A stretch of 64,000 nucleotides of DNA from positions 157 through 64,156 of the forward strand of contig JAFUIP010000020.1 of the NCBI GenBank assembly GCA_017468435.1. Direction: 5' to 3'. Origin of the DNA: Bacteroidales bacterium. Its GTDB lineage: Bacteria; Bacteroidota; Bacteroidia; Bacteroidales; UBA1402. Below the pieces are notes generated by a model, which was not told the DNA's origin, searched no databases, and saw only the letters and a program-made list of their open reading frames with translations. The position numbers were made by a program, and so were the translations under genes. Of this stretch, positions 18,440 through 29,804 are shown piece after piece (positions within the stretch are counted from its first letter, which is position 1; each line of letters opens with the position of its first letter).

Positions 18440-20218
18440 ATGAAACATATCAGAAATTTCTGCATCATCGCGCATATCGACCACGGAAAAAGCACTTTAG
18501 CCGACCGCCTTCTGGAGAAAACGGGCACCGTAGCCATTACCGAAAATCAGATTCTCGACAATATGGATCTTGAGAAAGAACGTGGCATTACCATCAAAAG
18601 CCATGCCATCCAGATGCAATACAAGCACAAAGGCGAAGCTTACACGCTCAACCTCATCGATACGCCCGGACACGTTGACTTTTCGTACGAGGTGTCGCGT
18701 TCCATTGCGGCTTGCGAAGGTGCCTTGTTAGTGATCGATGCCACTCAGGGAATTCAGGCCCAGACCATTTCCAACCTTTACATGGCTATAGACAACGATC
18801 TGGAAATCATTCCCGTGCTGAATAAAATTGACTTGGCCAGCGCACAAGTGGAGGAGGTGGAAGACCAGATCATAGACCTGTTGGGCGTGAAGCGCGAAGA
18901 AATTCTGCGTGCCAGCGGCAAAACGGGCGAAGGCGTGGAAGCCGTTCTGGATGCCATCGTAGAAAGAATCCCTGCCCCCTCGGGCGACCCCGATGCTCCG
19001 CTGCAAGCCCTGGTTTTCGACTCGGTGTTCAACTCTTTCCGCGGCATCATCGCCTACTTCAAAATTGTGAACGGAACGCTGAACAGCAAGGATCTGGTAA
19101 AATTCTTCGCCACGCAGAAACAATACGATGCCGACGAAATCGGTGTGCTCAAGCTCTCCATGCAGCCTCGACAGCAACTTTCTTGCGGTGACGTGGGCTA
19201 CATCATTTCCGGTATCAAAACCTCCAAAGAAGTCAAAGTGGGCGACACCATCACGCATGTGAACAGACCTTGCGAAGAGGCCATTGCCGGTTTCGAAGAA
19301 GTGAAACCCATGTTGTTTGCCGGCGTCTATCCCATCGAGAGCGAGGACTACGAAAACTTGCGTAGCAGCATAGAAAAATTGCAGTTGAACGACGCTTCGC
19401 TCACTTTCCAACCCGAATCTTCGGTAGCTTTGGGCTTCGGTTTCCGCTGCGGCTTCCTGGGCTTGCTCCACATGGAAATCATTCAGGAACGTCTCGACCG
19501 AGAATTCGACATGGACGTCATCACCACCGTGCCCAACGTTCCTTATAAAGTATATACCAAAAAAGGCGAATGTCTGGAAGTGAACAATCCTTCCGGCCTG
19601 CCCGACATCACGCATATCGACCACATCGAAGAGCCTTACATCCGCGCCACCATCATCACCGGAACGGAATATATAGGCCCCATCATGACGCTTTGTCTGG
19701 ACAAGCGCGGCGAATTGGTGAAGCAAGAATACATCTCGGGCAACCGTATGGAAATCCTCTTCGACATCCCCTTGGGCGAAATCGTCTTCGACTTCTACGA
19801 CAAACTCAAAAGCATTTCAAAGGGTTACGCTTCTTTCGACTATCACATGCATGGTTTCCGCGAATCCAAACTCATCAAACTGGATATCCTGCTCAATGGC
19901 GAAGCTGTGGATGCCCTCTCTTGCCTGACACATATTTCAAATGCCGAAACCTTGGGCCGTCGTATGTGTGAAAAGCTGAAGGAACTCATCCCGCGTCAGC
20001 AGTTCGACATTGCCATCCAGGCGGCCATCGGTGCCAAAATCATTGCACGCGAAACGGTGCGTCAGGTGCGTAAAGACGTGACAGCCAAGTGTTATGGCGG
20101 TGACATCACGCGTAAACGCAAACTGCTCGAAAAACAGAAAAAGGGAAAGAAGCGTATGAAGCAGATCGGTTCGGTAGAAGTGCCGCAAAAGGCCTTCCTC
20201 GCGGTGCTGAAACTCTAG
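18440..20218 (+). CDS. lepA: Elongation factor 4 (LepA)
   Basis: [58 protein letters not shown]; start at ATG 18440. Confidence 0.98.
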   Translation: MKHIRNFCIIAHIDHGKSTLADRLLEKTGTVAITENQILDNMDLEKERGITIKSHAIQMQYKHKGEAYTLNLIDTPGHVDFSYEVSRSIAACEGALLVIDATQGIQAQTISNLYMAIDNDLEIIPVLNKIDLASAQVEEVEDQIIDLLGVKREEILRASGKTGEGVEAVLDAIVERIPAPSGDPDAPLQALVFDSVFNSFRGIIAYFKIVNGTLNSKDLVKFFATQKQYDADEIGVLKLSMQPRQQLSCGDVGYIISGIKTSKEVKVGDTITHVNRPCEEAIAGFEEVKPMLFAGVYPIESEDYENLRSSIEKLQLNDASLTFQPESSVALGFGFRCGFLGLLHMEIIQERLDREFDMDVITTVPNVPYKVYTKKGECLEVNNPSGLPDITHIDHIEEPYIRATIITGTEYIGPIMTLCLDKRGELVKQEYISGNRMEILFDIPLGEIVFDFYDKLKSISKGYASFDYHMHGFRESKLIKLDILLNGEAVDALSCLTHISNAETLGRRMCEKLKELIPRQQFDIAIQAAIGAKIIARETVRQVRKDVTAKCYGGDITRKRKLLEKQKKGKKRMKQIGSVEVPQKAFLAVLKL

Positions 20219-21606
20219 TTCTTGTCTTTCTTTTTATCCATGGCATCGAACAACTTCTTGTAAGGAGCCAACATGCCTTCGTTCATCTTGTTGCCTAAGT
20301 GGGCCACAATCTTCTCGTTAGACAATAGCCATCCGATGGGATACATTTTCAGAGAAGAAAAGAAATGCTTTTGCGGAAAATCGTAAAGGCCTCTTTTCTT
20401 GTAGAATTTATGGTCGGCACGCATCATGCCTCGCATCTGATAAATAAGGTCGCGGAAAATTTTCGTGCCACCCACGCCCCAGAAATTCTGCGGAGCGCGA
20501 TGCTTGGTTTCCATGGCGAAGAGCAATGATTTGGCCACTCTGTCTATCTGCGCATCGGTATCGTGCTCGTCGCTTGCCACGCCGGCCAGGAAATTGCCGC
20601 CCGTCTCGGCTCGCGCTTCAATAAGCATACGCAGGTTTTCTTCCCGGCTATAAGCGCCCGAAAGCAGATAAGCCACCGGGGTTCCCACGGTCACCGCGCG
20701 ATGCCCGTTGCAGAAATTTCTATCGTCGTACATTTTGAAACGCGCACCCATGCAGTGATTGCTGATATGGGCGGCATACACCATGGCGTCGGCCGTCTGT
20801 ATCTGCTCGCGCAAGAAAACATCGAAACCGTCTTTGTAGGCACATTTCTCGCTCACGGCACAACGAAAACAACCCATGCAACCTCCGGCCAAAGGATATT
20901 GAGCAATGTTCACCACGCGCGTGCGACATGGCAAAAGCGAACGGAAACGATCTATCATGGCTTGCAAATTGGAAGCCTCGTCGCAACAATCGCTGACAAT
21001 GACCACTTCCTTTTCCGACAAACTTGGAGAAGCTTTCATCTTATCCGTCTGCGGATGAGCAGCCTGAGGCACAAAAGTCTGAGGATAGGTTTCTGCCGAA
21101 GCCTCTGATGGCAAGACTTGTTCGTACACCTCGTTTTCCACCGCCCAAAGGAATCTTTCGAAAAACTGTGTAGCCTCCGCCCTGCCCTGTTCGCTCAACA
21201 GATCTTCCATATCAGCCGAAAGCCCGGGCACATAGCGCATACCCAAATCCAAAACATTGTCTTTGATATAACGATGCGCCGTCACGTCGTAGAAATGTTT
21301 GGAAGTTGTCAGTTGCGTAGCATATTTATCGCGCAGATCCAGGCCCGAATCCTTGAGCAGTTCAATGAAACGATGCAATTGCGAAGGCGCCAGGAAAGTA
21401 TAGACCGGATACGAAAACAACAAAACATCGGCAGCGGACAAAAGCCCTACCGCCGATGAAAAATCTTTTTCGAAAGTCCTGATTCTCTGAGCTGCCTGTA
21501 ACAGTTGGAAATGATGATTGGGAAAGCAACGTTCCAGATAATGAATGGTTTGCAGTGTGATGCTATACTTTCCCTTCGGGCTTCCGTTGATAACAAGGAT
21601 ATTCAT
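20215..21606 (-). CDS. NAD(P)H-dependent oxidoreductase, tandem flavodoxin-like domains with Fe-S cysteine motif
   Basis: [14 protein letters not shown] flavodoxin start; second domain with [13 protein letters not shown] (Cx2Cx2Cx5C, iron-sulfur flavoprotein-like); 463 aa from ATG 21606. Confidence 0.82.
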   Translation of the reverse strand: MNILVINGSPKGKYSITLQTIHYLERCFPNHHFQLLQAAQRIRTFEKDFSSAVGLLSAADVLLFSYPVYTFLAPSQLHRFIELLKDSGLDLRDKYATQLTTSKHFYDVTAHRYIKDNVLDLGMRYVPGLSADMEDLLSEQGRAEATQFFERFLWAVENEVYEQVLPSEASAETYPQTFVPQAAHPQTDKMKASPSLSEKEVVIVSDCCDEASNLQAMIDRFRSLLPCRTRVVNIAQYPLAGGCMGCFRCAVSEKCAYKDGFDVFLREQIQTADAMVYAAHISNHCMGARFKMYDDRNFCNGHRAVTVGTPVAYLLSGAYSREENLRMLIEARAETGGNFLAGVASDEHDTDAQIDRVAKSLLFAMETKHRAPQNFWGVGGTKIFRDLIYQMRGMMRADHKFYKKRGLYDFPQKHFFSSLKMYPIGWLLSNEKIVAHLGNKMNEGMLAPYKKLFDAMDKKKDKN

Positions 21607-21623
21607 TGTACTGCCTTTAGCCC

Positions 21624-22817
21624 TTACTGCAATTTGGCCAAAGCTGCCTTGATGCGTGCCACGGCTTCCTTGATATTCTCGTCGGAAGTGGCATACGACA
21701 TACGGATACATTCAGGCGCACCGAAAGCAGCACCGCCTACGCAAGCCACATGTCCTTCTTCCAAAAGATACATGGCCAAATCGGCAGCTGAATTGATAAC
21801 GCGTCCTTGGTATGATTTGCCGTAGAACGAACTGCATTTGGGGAATACATAGAAAGCACCCTGAGGCTGACGCAGTTCCAATCCGGGAATGTCCTTCATG
21901 AGTGAAATAATCAGATCGCGACGACGCATAAAGGCCTGACGCATTTCTTCCACGCATTCCTGACTGCCGGTGTAAGCCAAACGGGCAGCTTCCTGAGCCA
22001 CTGAACAAGGACCCGAAGTATACTGACCCTGCAACTTGTTGCAAGCAGCGGCAAACCACTTGGGAGCCGCAATCCAACCAATACGCCAGCCGGTCATGGC
22101 ATAAGCCTTGGACACACCATTGATAATGATGACGCGGTCGCGGATTTCTTCGAATTGTGCTATACTTTCGTGCTTGCCGATATAATTGATGTGTTCGTAA
22201 ATTTCGTCGGAAAGCACATATACTTGCGGATGCTTGGCCAAGACTTCTGCCAATGATTTCAATTCTTCGTAGCTATACACGCTTCCGGTAGGATTGGAAG
22301 GAGAACAAAGAATCAAGGCCTTGGTTTTAGGCGTGATGGCAGCTTCCAGCTGAGCAGCTGTCATTTTGAAATCCTGTTCGATGCCGGCAGACACGATAAC
22401 ATTGGTACCTTCGGCCAATTTCACCATTTCTACATAGCTCACCCAGTAAGGAGCAGGAACGATGACTTCGTCGCCGGGATTCACCAAAGCGAGCAAGGCA
22501 TTGCAAACCGACTGTTTGGCACCATTGGAGCAGACAATCTGTTCGGGCAGGTAATCCAAGCCGTTCTCGTTTTTCAGTTTTTCCGAAATAGCCTTACGCA
22601 ATGCAGGATAACCGGGCACCGGAGAATAGAAGGAGAAATTGTTGTCGATAGCCTGTTTGGCAGCCTCTTTAATGTGGTCGGGGGTATAGAAGTCGGGTTC
22701 TCCCACACTCAGGTTAATCACATCAATGCCTTGTGCGCGCAACTCGCTACTCTTTTGGGACATGGCCAAAGTTTCGGATGCAGCCAAAGCGGCCAAACGC
22801 TTAGAAACAGGATTCAT
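21624..22817 (-). CDS. aspC: Class I/II PLP aminotransferase (aspartate aminotransferase-like)
   Basis: GEPDF, SNGAKQS, CSPSNPTG, SDEIYE, NGVSKAYAMTGWRIG; start MNPVSKR at 22817. Confidence 0.93.
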   Translation of the reverse strand: MNPVSKRLAALAASETLAMSQKSSELRAQGIDVINLSVGEPDFYTPDHIKEAAKQAIDNNFSFYSPVPGYPALRKAISEKLKNENGLDYLPEQIVCSNGAKQSVCNALLALVNPGDEVIVPAPYWVSYVEMVKLAEGTNVIVSAGIEQDFKMTAAQLEAAITPKTKALILCSPSNPTGSVYSYEELKSLAEVLAKHPQVYVLSDEIYEHINYIGKHESIAQFEEIRDRVIIINGVSKAYAMTGWRIGWIAAPKWFAAACNKLQGQYTSGPCSVAQEAARLAYTGSQECVEEMRQAFMRRRDLIISLMKDIPGLELRQPQGAFYVFPKCSSFYGKSYQGRVINSAADLAMYLLEEGHVACVGGAAFGAPECIRMSYATSDENIKEAVARIKAALAKLQ

Positions 22818-22911
22818 AGTCTTTTTTTCGTTGAATGAAACAATATTACACAAAAAAATGGTCACCTGCGGGTACCGATGCAGGTACGCTTGCAAATAAC
22901 CAAATTCGTTG

Positions 22912-22985
22912 TAGCGAGACCCGGGATTGAACCGGGGACCTCATGATTATGAATCATGCGCTCTAACCAGCTGAGCTATCTCGCC
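22912..22985 (-). tRNA. tRNA with CAT anticodon (probably elongator tRNA-Met)
   Basis: GGCGAGATAGCTCAGCTGGTTAGAGCGCATGATTCATAATCATGAGGTCCCCGGTTCAATCCCGGGTCTCGCTA folds as a cloverleaf; TACTTTTG promoter at 23013-23020. Confidence 0.95.
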
Positions 22986-23175
22986 ATCATTTGCTTTTCC
23001 TGAAAAGCGCTGCAAAAGTAATACCTAATTTTGAATTCGCAAAACCAAATTGAGACTTTTTTATCATTTATCAAAAAAACTTTCTTAATAAATATTAAGG
23101 ATATTCGAAAAAAATAGCCTATATTTGGGCTTTCCTACACAAAGAGAGCTACTCTCCTAACAACAAGACGCTTAT

Positions 23176-23556
23176 ATGAAAGAGAAATTTACCATTGAAT
23201 TCAGCTTGAAAAAGGGCTCCACAAAGTCATTGTGGAAACTCATCAGCACACCTCACGGCCTGGCAGAATGGATGGCCGACAACGTTGACGCAGACAATAC
23301 CGGTGTTTATACCTTCTCCTGGAGCAAATCGAGCGAAAGAGCCAAATTGATAGACATACAGCCCGAAGAACGCATTCGCTTCCGCTGGTTGAATTCTCCC
23401 GAAGACACTTATTTCGAGATCGAAATCATCAAATCTGAACTGACCGGCGAGATTTCCCTCTTGCTGACCGACTTTGCCGCCAGCGACGAAAAAGAAGACC
23501 TTATCAATTTGTGGGCCGCCGAGATTGACATGCTCATCAGAAGAATCGGCTTATAA
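23176..23556 (+). CDS. START-like (SRPBCC) domain protein
   Basis: LWKLISTPHGLAEWMADNV...TDFA...LW pattern of the Bacteroidetes START-like family. Confidence 0.8.
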   Translation: MKEKFTIEFSLKKGSTKSLWKLISTPHGLAEWMADNVDADNTGVYTFSWSKSSERAKLIDIQPEERIRFRWLNSPEDTYFEIEIIKSELTGEISLLLTDFAASDEKEDLINLWAAEIDMLIRRIGL

Positions 23557-23638
23557 TATTGTGTGTGTTTATTGACCTTGAATCGCTTTTTTAGATTAGT
23601 TTTTTAGATTACCTTTGCGACCTTGAAAACGGTCGACC

Positions 23639-25156
23639 ATGTTTCGCGTAAAAAGATTACATACATTCGTATTACAGCACTTTTTACTCATATTCTTGAT
23701 GACCTTTCTCATTTGCAATTTCATCTTGGTGATGCAGTTGCTCTGGAGGGTTTCTGAACAGATTATGGGCAAAGGCATCGGCATCTCCGTTTATCTCGAA
23801 TTTTTCTACTACGCATCGGCACAGTTGTTGCCTACCACGCTTCCTTTGGCCATTTTGCTGGCCTCGCTCATGACTTTCGGAAATTTTGGCGAACGGCTGG
23901 AATTATTAGCCATGAAAGCTGCCGGCGTTTCCTTGTTCAACATCATGAAGCCGCTCATTATCACGGTGTCGCTCGTGGCTTGCGGATCATTCTTCTTCCA
24001 AGACAAATACTTGCCCACGGCTCAGGTGAAGATGCAGTCGCTCATCGCCTCCATTCAGCAGAAGTCGCCCACACTGTCTATTCCGGAAGGCGCCTTCTAC
24101 TCCGAAATAGAAGACATGACCATCTACGTGAAAGGCAAGGACGTGAAAAAAGGCTTGTTGTTGGACATCATGATTTACGATTTCAGCGAGGGCTTCGAAA
24201 ATGTTTCGGTGACCTTGGCCGACTCAGGCCGCCTGCGCATGACGGAAGACAAGCTCAACTTGGTGCTGACGCTTTATCACGGCGAAGGTTTCAGCAATTT
24301 CGACAAGGAACAGGCCAATACGGCAGGCATTCCCTATCGTCGTGAAATGTTCCGCACCAAAGAACTCATCATTCCCTTCGATGCCAACTTCACGCGTGTG
24401 GACGAATCGGCCTACGACAACTCGCATATCAGCATGAACACGCAGCAGTTGCGCCATATCATCGACTCGGTGGGTCATCGCATAGACAGCATAGAAATAA
24501 AGAAACAGACGCAGTTCACCAATCGTTACTTCATGGGACGCGACGCCACGGCCGAAAGGAATTTGCTCAGCGTGGACTCCATCATCAAAGTGGCCAAGAC
24601 GCCGGTGGTGAACCCGAACATCGACAGCACGTATCGCAGCCTGAGCAGCACGCAGTCGCATCTGATTGTGGACAAGGCCATACGTCGTTTGGAGAGCGCC
24701 AGAAGCGATTTCGAGTATTTGAAAGCTTCCTTGCAGCGCGACAATTTCCGTTTCCGCCAAAGCAACATCGAGTATTACAAGAAGTTCTCCTTGTCGCTGG
24801 CTTGCATCATTTTCTTCTTTATCGGTGCGCCGCTGGGAGCCATCATCAGAAAAGGTGGCATCGGTATGCCTGCGGTGGTTTCGGTGATACTCTTTATCGG
24901 TTATTATCTGATAGATACGGCCGGTCAGAAATTGGTAAAAAGCGGAGAATGGGAAGCTATTTATGGTATGTCGCTCAGCTCGGCCGTACTTTTGCCTTTG
25001 GGCATTTTCCTGACCGTAAAGGCCGTGAACGACTCTACCCTTTTCAACATGGATTCGTATTTGTCTGTCATCAAAAAGATTTTGAACATCAAGATTTTGC
25101 TACGATATTTACGCATCGCTTTCAAACATCATTTCCGAAAATTAAAAAAGAAATAA
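23639..25156 (+). CDS. LptF/LptG family LPS export permease
   Basis: [48 protein letters not shown]; TACCTTTG promoter at 23610-23617. Confidence 0.93.
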   Translation: MFRVKRLHTFVLQHFLLIFLMTFLICNFILVMQLLWRVSEQIMGKGIGISVYLEFFYYASAQLLPTTLPLAILLASLMTFGNFGERLELLAMKAAGVSLFNIMKPLIITVSLVACGSFFFQDKYLPTAQVKMQSLIASIQQKSPTLSIPEGAFYSEIEDMTIYVKGKDVKKGLLLDIMIYDFSEGFENVSVTLADSGRLRMTEDKLNLVLTLYHGEGFSNFDKEQANTAGIPYRREMFRTKELIIPFDANFTRVDESAYDNSHISMNTQQLRHIIDSVGHRIDSIEIKKQTQFTNRYFMGRDATAERNLLSVDSIIKVAKTPVVNPNIDSTYRSLSSTQSHLIVDKAIRRLESARSDFEYLKASLQRDNFRFRQSNIEYYKKFSLSLACIIFFFIGAPLGAIIRKGGIGMPAVVSVILFIGYYLIDTAGQKLVKSGEWEAIYGMSLSSAVLLPLGIFLTVKAVNDSTLFNMDSYLSVIKKILNIKILLRYLRIAFKHHFRKLKKK

Positions 25157-25166
25157 ATATAGCATT

Positions 25167-26378
25167 ATGGATATTAAATTGAACACAGTAGAAGAAACCG
25201 TAGAAGCCATCAAAAATGGCGAAATTGTGATTGTGGTTGACGACGAAGATCGCGAGAACGAAGGCGATTTTATCACGGCAGCCGAACTCATCACGCCCGA
25301 AAAAGTGAACTTCATGGTGACCATGGGTCGCGGTGTGCTCTGCGTGCCTATTACCGAAGAACAATGCCAACGTCTGGAACTGGAACCTCAGGTATCGTCC
25401 AACACCTCCTTGCTGGGAACGCCTTTTACCATTACGGTAGATAAGATTGCCGGCTGCACCACGGGCGTTTCTGCCCACGACCGCGCCGAAACCATCAAGG
25501 CCTTGGCCGATCCTAACACCCAACCCGAAGACTTGGCTCGTCCGGGACATATCAATCCGCTCTATGCCAAGAACAAAGGTGTGTTGCGTCGCGCCGGTCA
25601 CACGGAAGCCGCTGTCGATTTGTGTCGATTGGCCGGTCTGCATCCCGCAGGCACGCTTATCGAAGTGATGAACGAAGACGGCAGCATGGCCCGCCTGCCA
25701 CAGCTCTACGAAATAGCACAGAAGTTCAATCTTAAACTGCTTACCATCAAGGATTTGATTGCTTACCGACTGAAGCAGGAATCTTTGGTTGAAATGGGGC
25801 CCAGTGTGAACATGCCTACCAAATATGGTCATTTCCAATTGATTCCTTTCCGCCAGACGGCCACCGGCCAAGAACACATCGCTTTGGTGAAAGGCGAATG
25901 GACGGAAGACGAAAGCGTACTGGTGAGAATGCATTCTTCTTGCCTCACGGGCGATGTGCTGGGTTCTTTGCGCTGCGATTGCGGCGACCAGTTGCACAAG
26001 GCCATGGAAAGCATCGAAGCCGAAGGCAAAGGCGTCATCGTTTACCTGAACCAGGAAGGTCGCGGCATAGGCCTGATGAACAAGATCAAAGCTTACAAAC
26101 TGCAAGAAGAAGGCATGGACACGGTAGATGCTAACCTGCACCTTGGCTTCGACGCCGACGAACGCGACTACGGTGTGGGCGCTCAGATTCTGCAATGTCT
26201 CGGCATTCACAAAATGCGCCTGATGTCGAACAACCCCGTGAAGCGCATCGGATTGGAGGCTTATGGTTTGGAAATCGTTGAGAATGTGCCTATTGAAACG
26301 CCCATCAATCCTTACAACGAATGCTACATGCACACCAAGAAAACCCGCATGGGTCACACCTTAAAAAATATCAAATAA
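25167..26378 (+). CDS. ribBA: Bifunctional DHBP synthase / GTP cyclohydrolase II
   Basis: [45 protein letters not shown]. Confidence 0.97.
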   Translation: MDIKLNTVEETVEAIKNGEIVIVVDDEDRENEGDFITAAELITPEKVNFMVTMGRGVLCVPITEEQCQRLELEPQVSSNTSLLGTPFTITVDKIAGCTTGVSAHDRAETIKALADPNTQPEDLARPGHINPLYAKNKGVLRRAGHTEAAVDLCRLAGLHPAGTLIEVMNEDGSMARLPQLYEIAQKFNLKLLTIKDLIAYRLKQESLVEMGPSVNMPTKYGHFQLIPFRQTATGQEHIALVKGEWTEDESVLVRMHSSCLTGDVLGSLRCDCGDQLHKAMESIEAEGKGVIVYLNQEGRGIGLMNKIKAYKLQEEGMDTVDANLHLGFDADERDYGVGAQILQCLGIHKMRLMSNNPVKRIGLEAYGLEIVENVPIETPINPYNECYMHTKKTRMGHTLKNIK

Positions 26379-27385
26379 TGAAGAAACTGATTGTTTGCCT
26401 GCTGCTTGGTCTCTTTCTGATGCCGGCCATAGCTGCTGATAAAAATGCTGAAAAACCAGCCAAAAAGAAGAACTTCAAAGAGTTTTTCTGGAATGCTGTC
26501 GATGGAAAACAAGAAGCCTACTTGTTCAGTTATTTTCGCGGAAACGGCGACGGATTGCACTTTGCCTATAGCTTCGACGGACTTATCTGGAAAGAGGTGC
26601 AAAACGGAAAAATCTTCCTGAAACCCAATGTTGGCAAGGAAAAACTGATGCGCGACCCCAGCATCGTACAAGGCCCTGACGGATTGTTTCACATGGTTTG
26701 GACCAGCGGCTGGAAGGAAAACAACATCGGCTATGCCTACTCCGAAGATCTTATTCACTGGTCGGAGCAACAGGAACTTCCGGTGATGGCTCACGAAGCC
26801 GGCTGCCGCAACACCTGGGCCCCTGAATTGTTTTACGACAAGGCTTCGAAAAAATACTACATTGTCTGGGCCAGCACCATCGAAGGCAAATTTGAAGACG
26901 CGCCCAGCAGCGAAGACCAATACAATCATCGTTTGTACTATACCACCACCAAAGATTTCAAGACCTTCACTCCCACCCAATTGTTCTACGATCCGGGCTT
27001 CAATGTCATCGATGCTTGCATTTTGAAAGAAGGTGGCAAATATCGTATTTTCTTGAAGAACGAAACTTTGGATCCGGTAGAGAAAAACATCCGCATGGTA
27101 AGCACCAACAGTCTGAAAAACATTCCCTTAAACGTATCTGAACCCATTTCTGGCAAAGAATGGGCCGAAGGACCTACGGCTATCAAGATTGGCAAGTACA
27201 CCTATGTTTATTGGGATTTGTATCGCAACCATCGCTACGCCGCTGTCAGATGCAAGAACCTGAAAAAGGGCAACTGGGAAAAGCTCGACGGCATGGCAAC
27301 ATTCCCGGCCGGCATGCGTCATGGCACGGTTTTCTGCGTGAACGAAGACATCTTGTACAAGCTGCTCGACGCCGAAAACAAATAG
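26378..27385 (+). CDS. Glycoside hydrolase family 43-like five-blade beta-propeller
   Basis: Signal peptide; MRDPSI, WAPE, IDA, AEGPT, RHG motifs; ATG overlaps ribBA stop (TAATG). Confidence 0.85.
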   Translation: MKKLIVCLLLGLFLMPAIAADKNAEKPAKKKNFKEFFWNAVDGKQEAYLFSYFRGNGDGLHFAYSFDGLIWKEVQNGKIFLKPNVGKEKLMRDPSIVQGPDGLFHMVWTSGWKENNIGYAYSEDLIHWSEQQELPVMAHEAGCRNTWAPELFYDKASKKYYIVWASTIEGKFEDAPSSEDQYNHRLYYTTTKDFKTFTPTQLFYDPGFNVIDACILKEGGKYRIFLKNETLDPVEKNIRMVSTNSLKNIPLNVSEPISGKEWAEGPTAIKIGKYTYVYWDLYRNHRYAAVRCKNLKKGNWEKLDGMATFPAGMRHGTVFCVNEDILYKLLDAENK

Positions 27386-27539
27386 ATGCTTCGCAACTCA
27401 CCAACAAAGAAGATTAACCCGAAATTTTGCCGTGACAGTACAATAAATATACTTTTTTGTAACGAATTGCCGATTTATTTGTCTTTAGTCGAAAACTAAT
27501 TTTTTGACATTTTATAAACTATTTAAAAATCCAATTCGT

Positions 27540-28061
27540 ATGAAAAGAATGTTTTTCTTGATTTGTGTCCTGTTTGCGTTTTCAACAGGCATGAAAGCGG
27601 AAGATTATGTGTGGCCGAATAACAGTGTACAATTGTCGTCTGGTTTGCATAACAAGGGAATGGGCAATGAAACATTGCTGGGTATGGAACATTATTTCGG
27701 TAGCAATCATCGTGCTTCCCTTTATGGAAATCTAGCTTATTTACACGCGCATAAACTTCGCCAAGAATTGTATTCTCAGAATGTTTCTTTGGAATTGGGC
27801 TTCAAAAAATACATCAAACTGGTGAAGGAGCGCTGTTATGCTTTTGCTTCTTTTGGTCTGACAGCCGGAATTGAAGATTCAAAGGTGATTATGTTAGACG
27901 AACCCAAACAATATGATACCTATTTCACAGGGAGCACTATTGGTGCAGGCGTGGAATACTTGCTTACCAAGCATTTAGCTGTGGAAATCCGTTATCGTTA
28001 CAAAAGAGACAATATCGACAATTTTCATATCTGGGGTGGCGGTTTGAAATATAGTTTCTGA
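27540..28061 (+). CDS. Small outer-membrane beta-barrel protein (TraO-like)
   Basis: Signal peptide, amphipathic strands, C-terminal GLKYSF barrel signal; AT-richer than neighbours. Confidence 0.7.
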   Translation: MKRMFFLICVLFAFSTGMKAEDYVWPNNSVQLSSGLHNKGMGNETLLGMEHYFGSNHRASLYGNLAYLHAHKLRQELYSQNVSLELGFKKYIKLVKERCYAFASFGLTAGIEDSKVIMLDEPKQYDTYFTGSTIGAGVEYLLTKHLAVEIRYRYKRDNIDNFHIWGGGLKYSF

Positions 28062-28076
28062 AAGTAATTTTGAATT

Positions 28077-28110
28077 GAGGCCGACTAAAAATGATTTTTT
28101 AGTCGGCCTC
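28077..28110. terminator. Hairpin downstream of OMP gene
   Basis: GAGGCCGACTAAAAA-TGAT-TTTTTAGTCGGCCTC, perfect 15-bp stem. Confidence 0.75.
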
Positions 28111-28151
28111 GCCTTAATTATCAGTATCAACAAATAACCTTACCTGCAATC

Positions 28152-28192
28152 AAAAAAAGTCTTGAATCGCAATGATCCAAGACTTCTTTTTT
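28152..28192. terminator. Bidirectional intrinsic terminator
   Basis: A7-GTCTTGAATC-loop-GATCCAAGAC-T-rich, between convergent genes. Confidence 0.75.
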
Positions 28193-28222
28193 ATCTGATT
28201 TCCAGAAATGATATTCTGAAAA

Positions 28223-28999
28223 TTATTCAGCAGATTCTTCGTTGCCGGCCAAACCTGAGTCAACCATGATACGACCGCAGTATTCGCAAACGATAACTTT
28301 CTTGCGCATACGAATATCGAGCTGTCTTTGAGGCGGAATCTTGTTGTAGCAACCACCGCAAGCATCACGTTCCACGGTAACCACAGCCAAACCATTGCGA
28401 GCATTCTTTCTGATGCGCTTGAAAGCAGCCAGCAAACGAGGTTCGATGTTTTCTTCCAGAATAGCAGCCTTTTCTCTGAGGCTTTCTTCTTGAGCGCGGG
28501 TTTCAGAAATGATTTCGTCCAATTCGGATTTCTTCAAATCCAAGTCTTTCTGACGTTCAATCAAATCGGCTTCAGCAGTGGCCAATTCTTCGGTTTTCAG
28601 TTTCTCGGCGTACTGAGTTTCCTTGATTTTCTTTTCAGAGAATTCAATTTCAAGACCTTGATATTCAATTTCCTTGCTCAAGAAATCGTATTCGCGGTTG
28701 TTGCGAACATTGTCTTGCTGTGCTTTATATTTTTCAATCAATGCCTTGGCATTTTCAATGTCAGCCTTGCGGTTTTTAACGGCATCAGCAGCAGCCTTGA
28801 TATCGGCCTTGAAGTTTTCGATACGGGTCTGAAGACCAGCAATTTCATCTTCCAAATCCTGTACTTCCAAAGGCAATTCGCCTCTCAAAATCTTAATTTT
28901 GTCAATTTCGGAAGCCACCAACTGCAATTCGTACAGTGCTTTGAGTTTTTCTTCTACAGGAATGTCCTTGTTTTCTACTTTCGTATTTTCAGTAGCCAT
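28223..28999 (-). CDS. Coiled-coil protein with C4 zinc ribbon (CT398/DUF164-like)
   Basis: Long coiled coil then ACGGC...CEYCGRI; follows nif3. Confidence 0.9.
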   Translation of the reverse strand: MATENTKVENKDIPVEEKLKALYELQLVASEIDKIKILRGELPLEVQDLEDEIAGLQTRIENFKADIKAAADAVKNRKADIENAKALIEKYKAQQDNVRNNREYDFLSKEIEYQGLEIEFSEKKIKETQYAEKLKTEELATAEADLIERQKDLDLKKSELDEIISETRAQEESLREKAAILEENIEPRLLAAFKRIRKNARNGLAVVTVERDACGGCYNKIPPQRQLDIRMRKKVIVCEYCGRIMVDSGLAGNEESAE

Positions 29000-29027
29000 A
29001 GCTAAAATATTGTAAATGAATTATATA

Positions 29028-29804
29028 TCAGAAATAACAAACCGGATTTTGTTCAGTTTGTGAAATTCGAACGGCAAAGGTAGCAATATTTTTTGATAAT
29101 AAGTCGTAAAAAATTTCTTTTGTATATTGCTCCGTTTCAAAATGACCCGCATCTACCAGCAAAAGCGCCCCTTCGGGACGAGAGAAATCGTGATACTTCA
29201 AATCGGCCGTCAGGTATGCATCGGCGCCGGCAGCCATGGCTTCCGACAGGAATTCAGCCCCGGAACCACCACAAAGTGCCACCTTCTTGATAGACTTGCC
29301 CGTTTTATGCGAATGACGCAGACCACCGCATGAAAAAGTTTTCTTCACCAAAGCCAGAAAATCATCTTCGGAAATGGGCGTTTCGAACTCCCCTATCATG
29401 CCCAGTCCGGCATCTTCCGTTTTGGGAGAAAGGAAACCCAAGCTGCGCAGTCCAAGCTTTTCACACATTTTGGCACTGACACCCTGGCAAACCGAATCCA
29501 CATTGGTATGACCCGAATACAGCGCCACATGCTGTTGCAAGGCCTTGATGACAGAACGTTCCACCGAAGTGCGTCCGGTAATCTGCTTGAGCCCGCGGAA
29601 AAGCAAAGGATGATGCGACACCACCATATTGCATCCCAAGGAAAGGGCCTCGTCTATCACTTCTTCCGACATATCCAGACAAATAAGCACACCCTTCACA
29701 TCCATCTGAGGGTCACCCACTTGCAGCCCGGAATTGTCGTAAGACTCTTGTTTGTCGAGCGAGGCGAAATCTTCTATGATGCGGCAAATATCTGCTACTT
29801 TCAT
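29028..29804 (-). CDS. Nif3-like dinuclear metal centre protein
   Basis: YDNSGLQVG, SHHPLLF, HTNVD, DLKYH, DAGHFETE. Confidence 0.93.
   Translation of the reverse strand: MKVADICRIIEDFASLDKQESYDNSGLQVGDPQMDVKGVLICLDMSEEVIDEALSLGCNMVVSHHPLLFRGLKQITGRTSVERSVIKALQQHVALYSGHTNVDSVCQGVSAKMCEKLGLRSLGFLSPKTEDAGLGMIGEFETPISEDDFLALVKKTFSCGGLRHSHKTGKSIKKVALCGGSGAEFLSEAMAAGADAYLTADLKYHDFSRPEGALLLVDAGHFETEQYTKEIFYDLLSKNIATFAVRISQTEQNPVCYF

Noticed and set aside
22912-22985. tRNA genes as integration sites for a prophage or ICE (also 36534-36607)
   Set aside because: No integrase, no duplicated tRNA 3' end, and no phage or conjugation gene cluster next to either tRNA.
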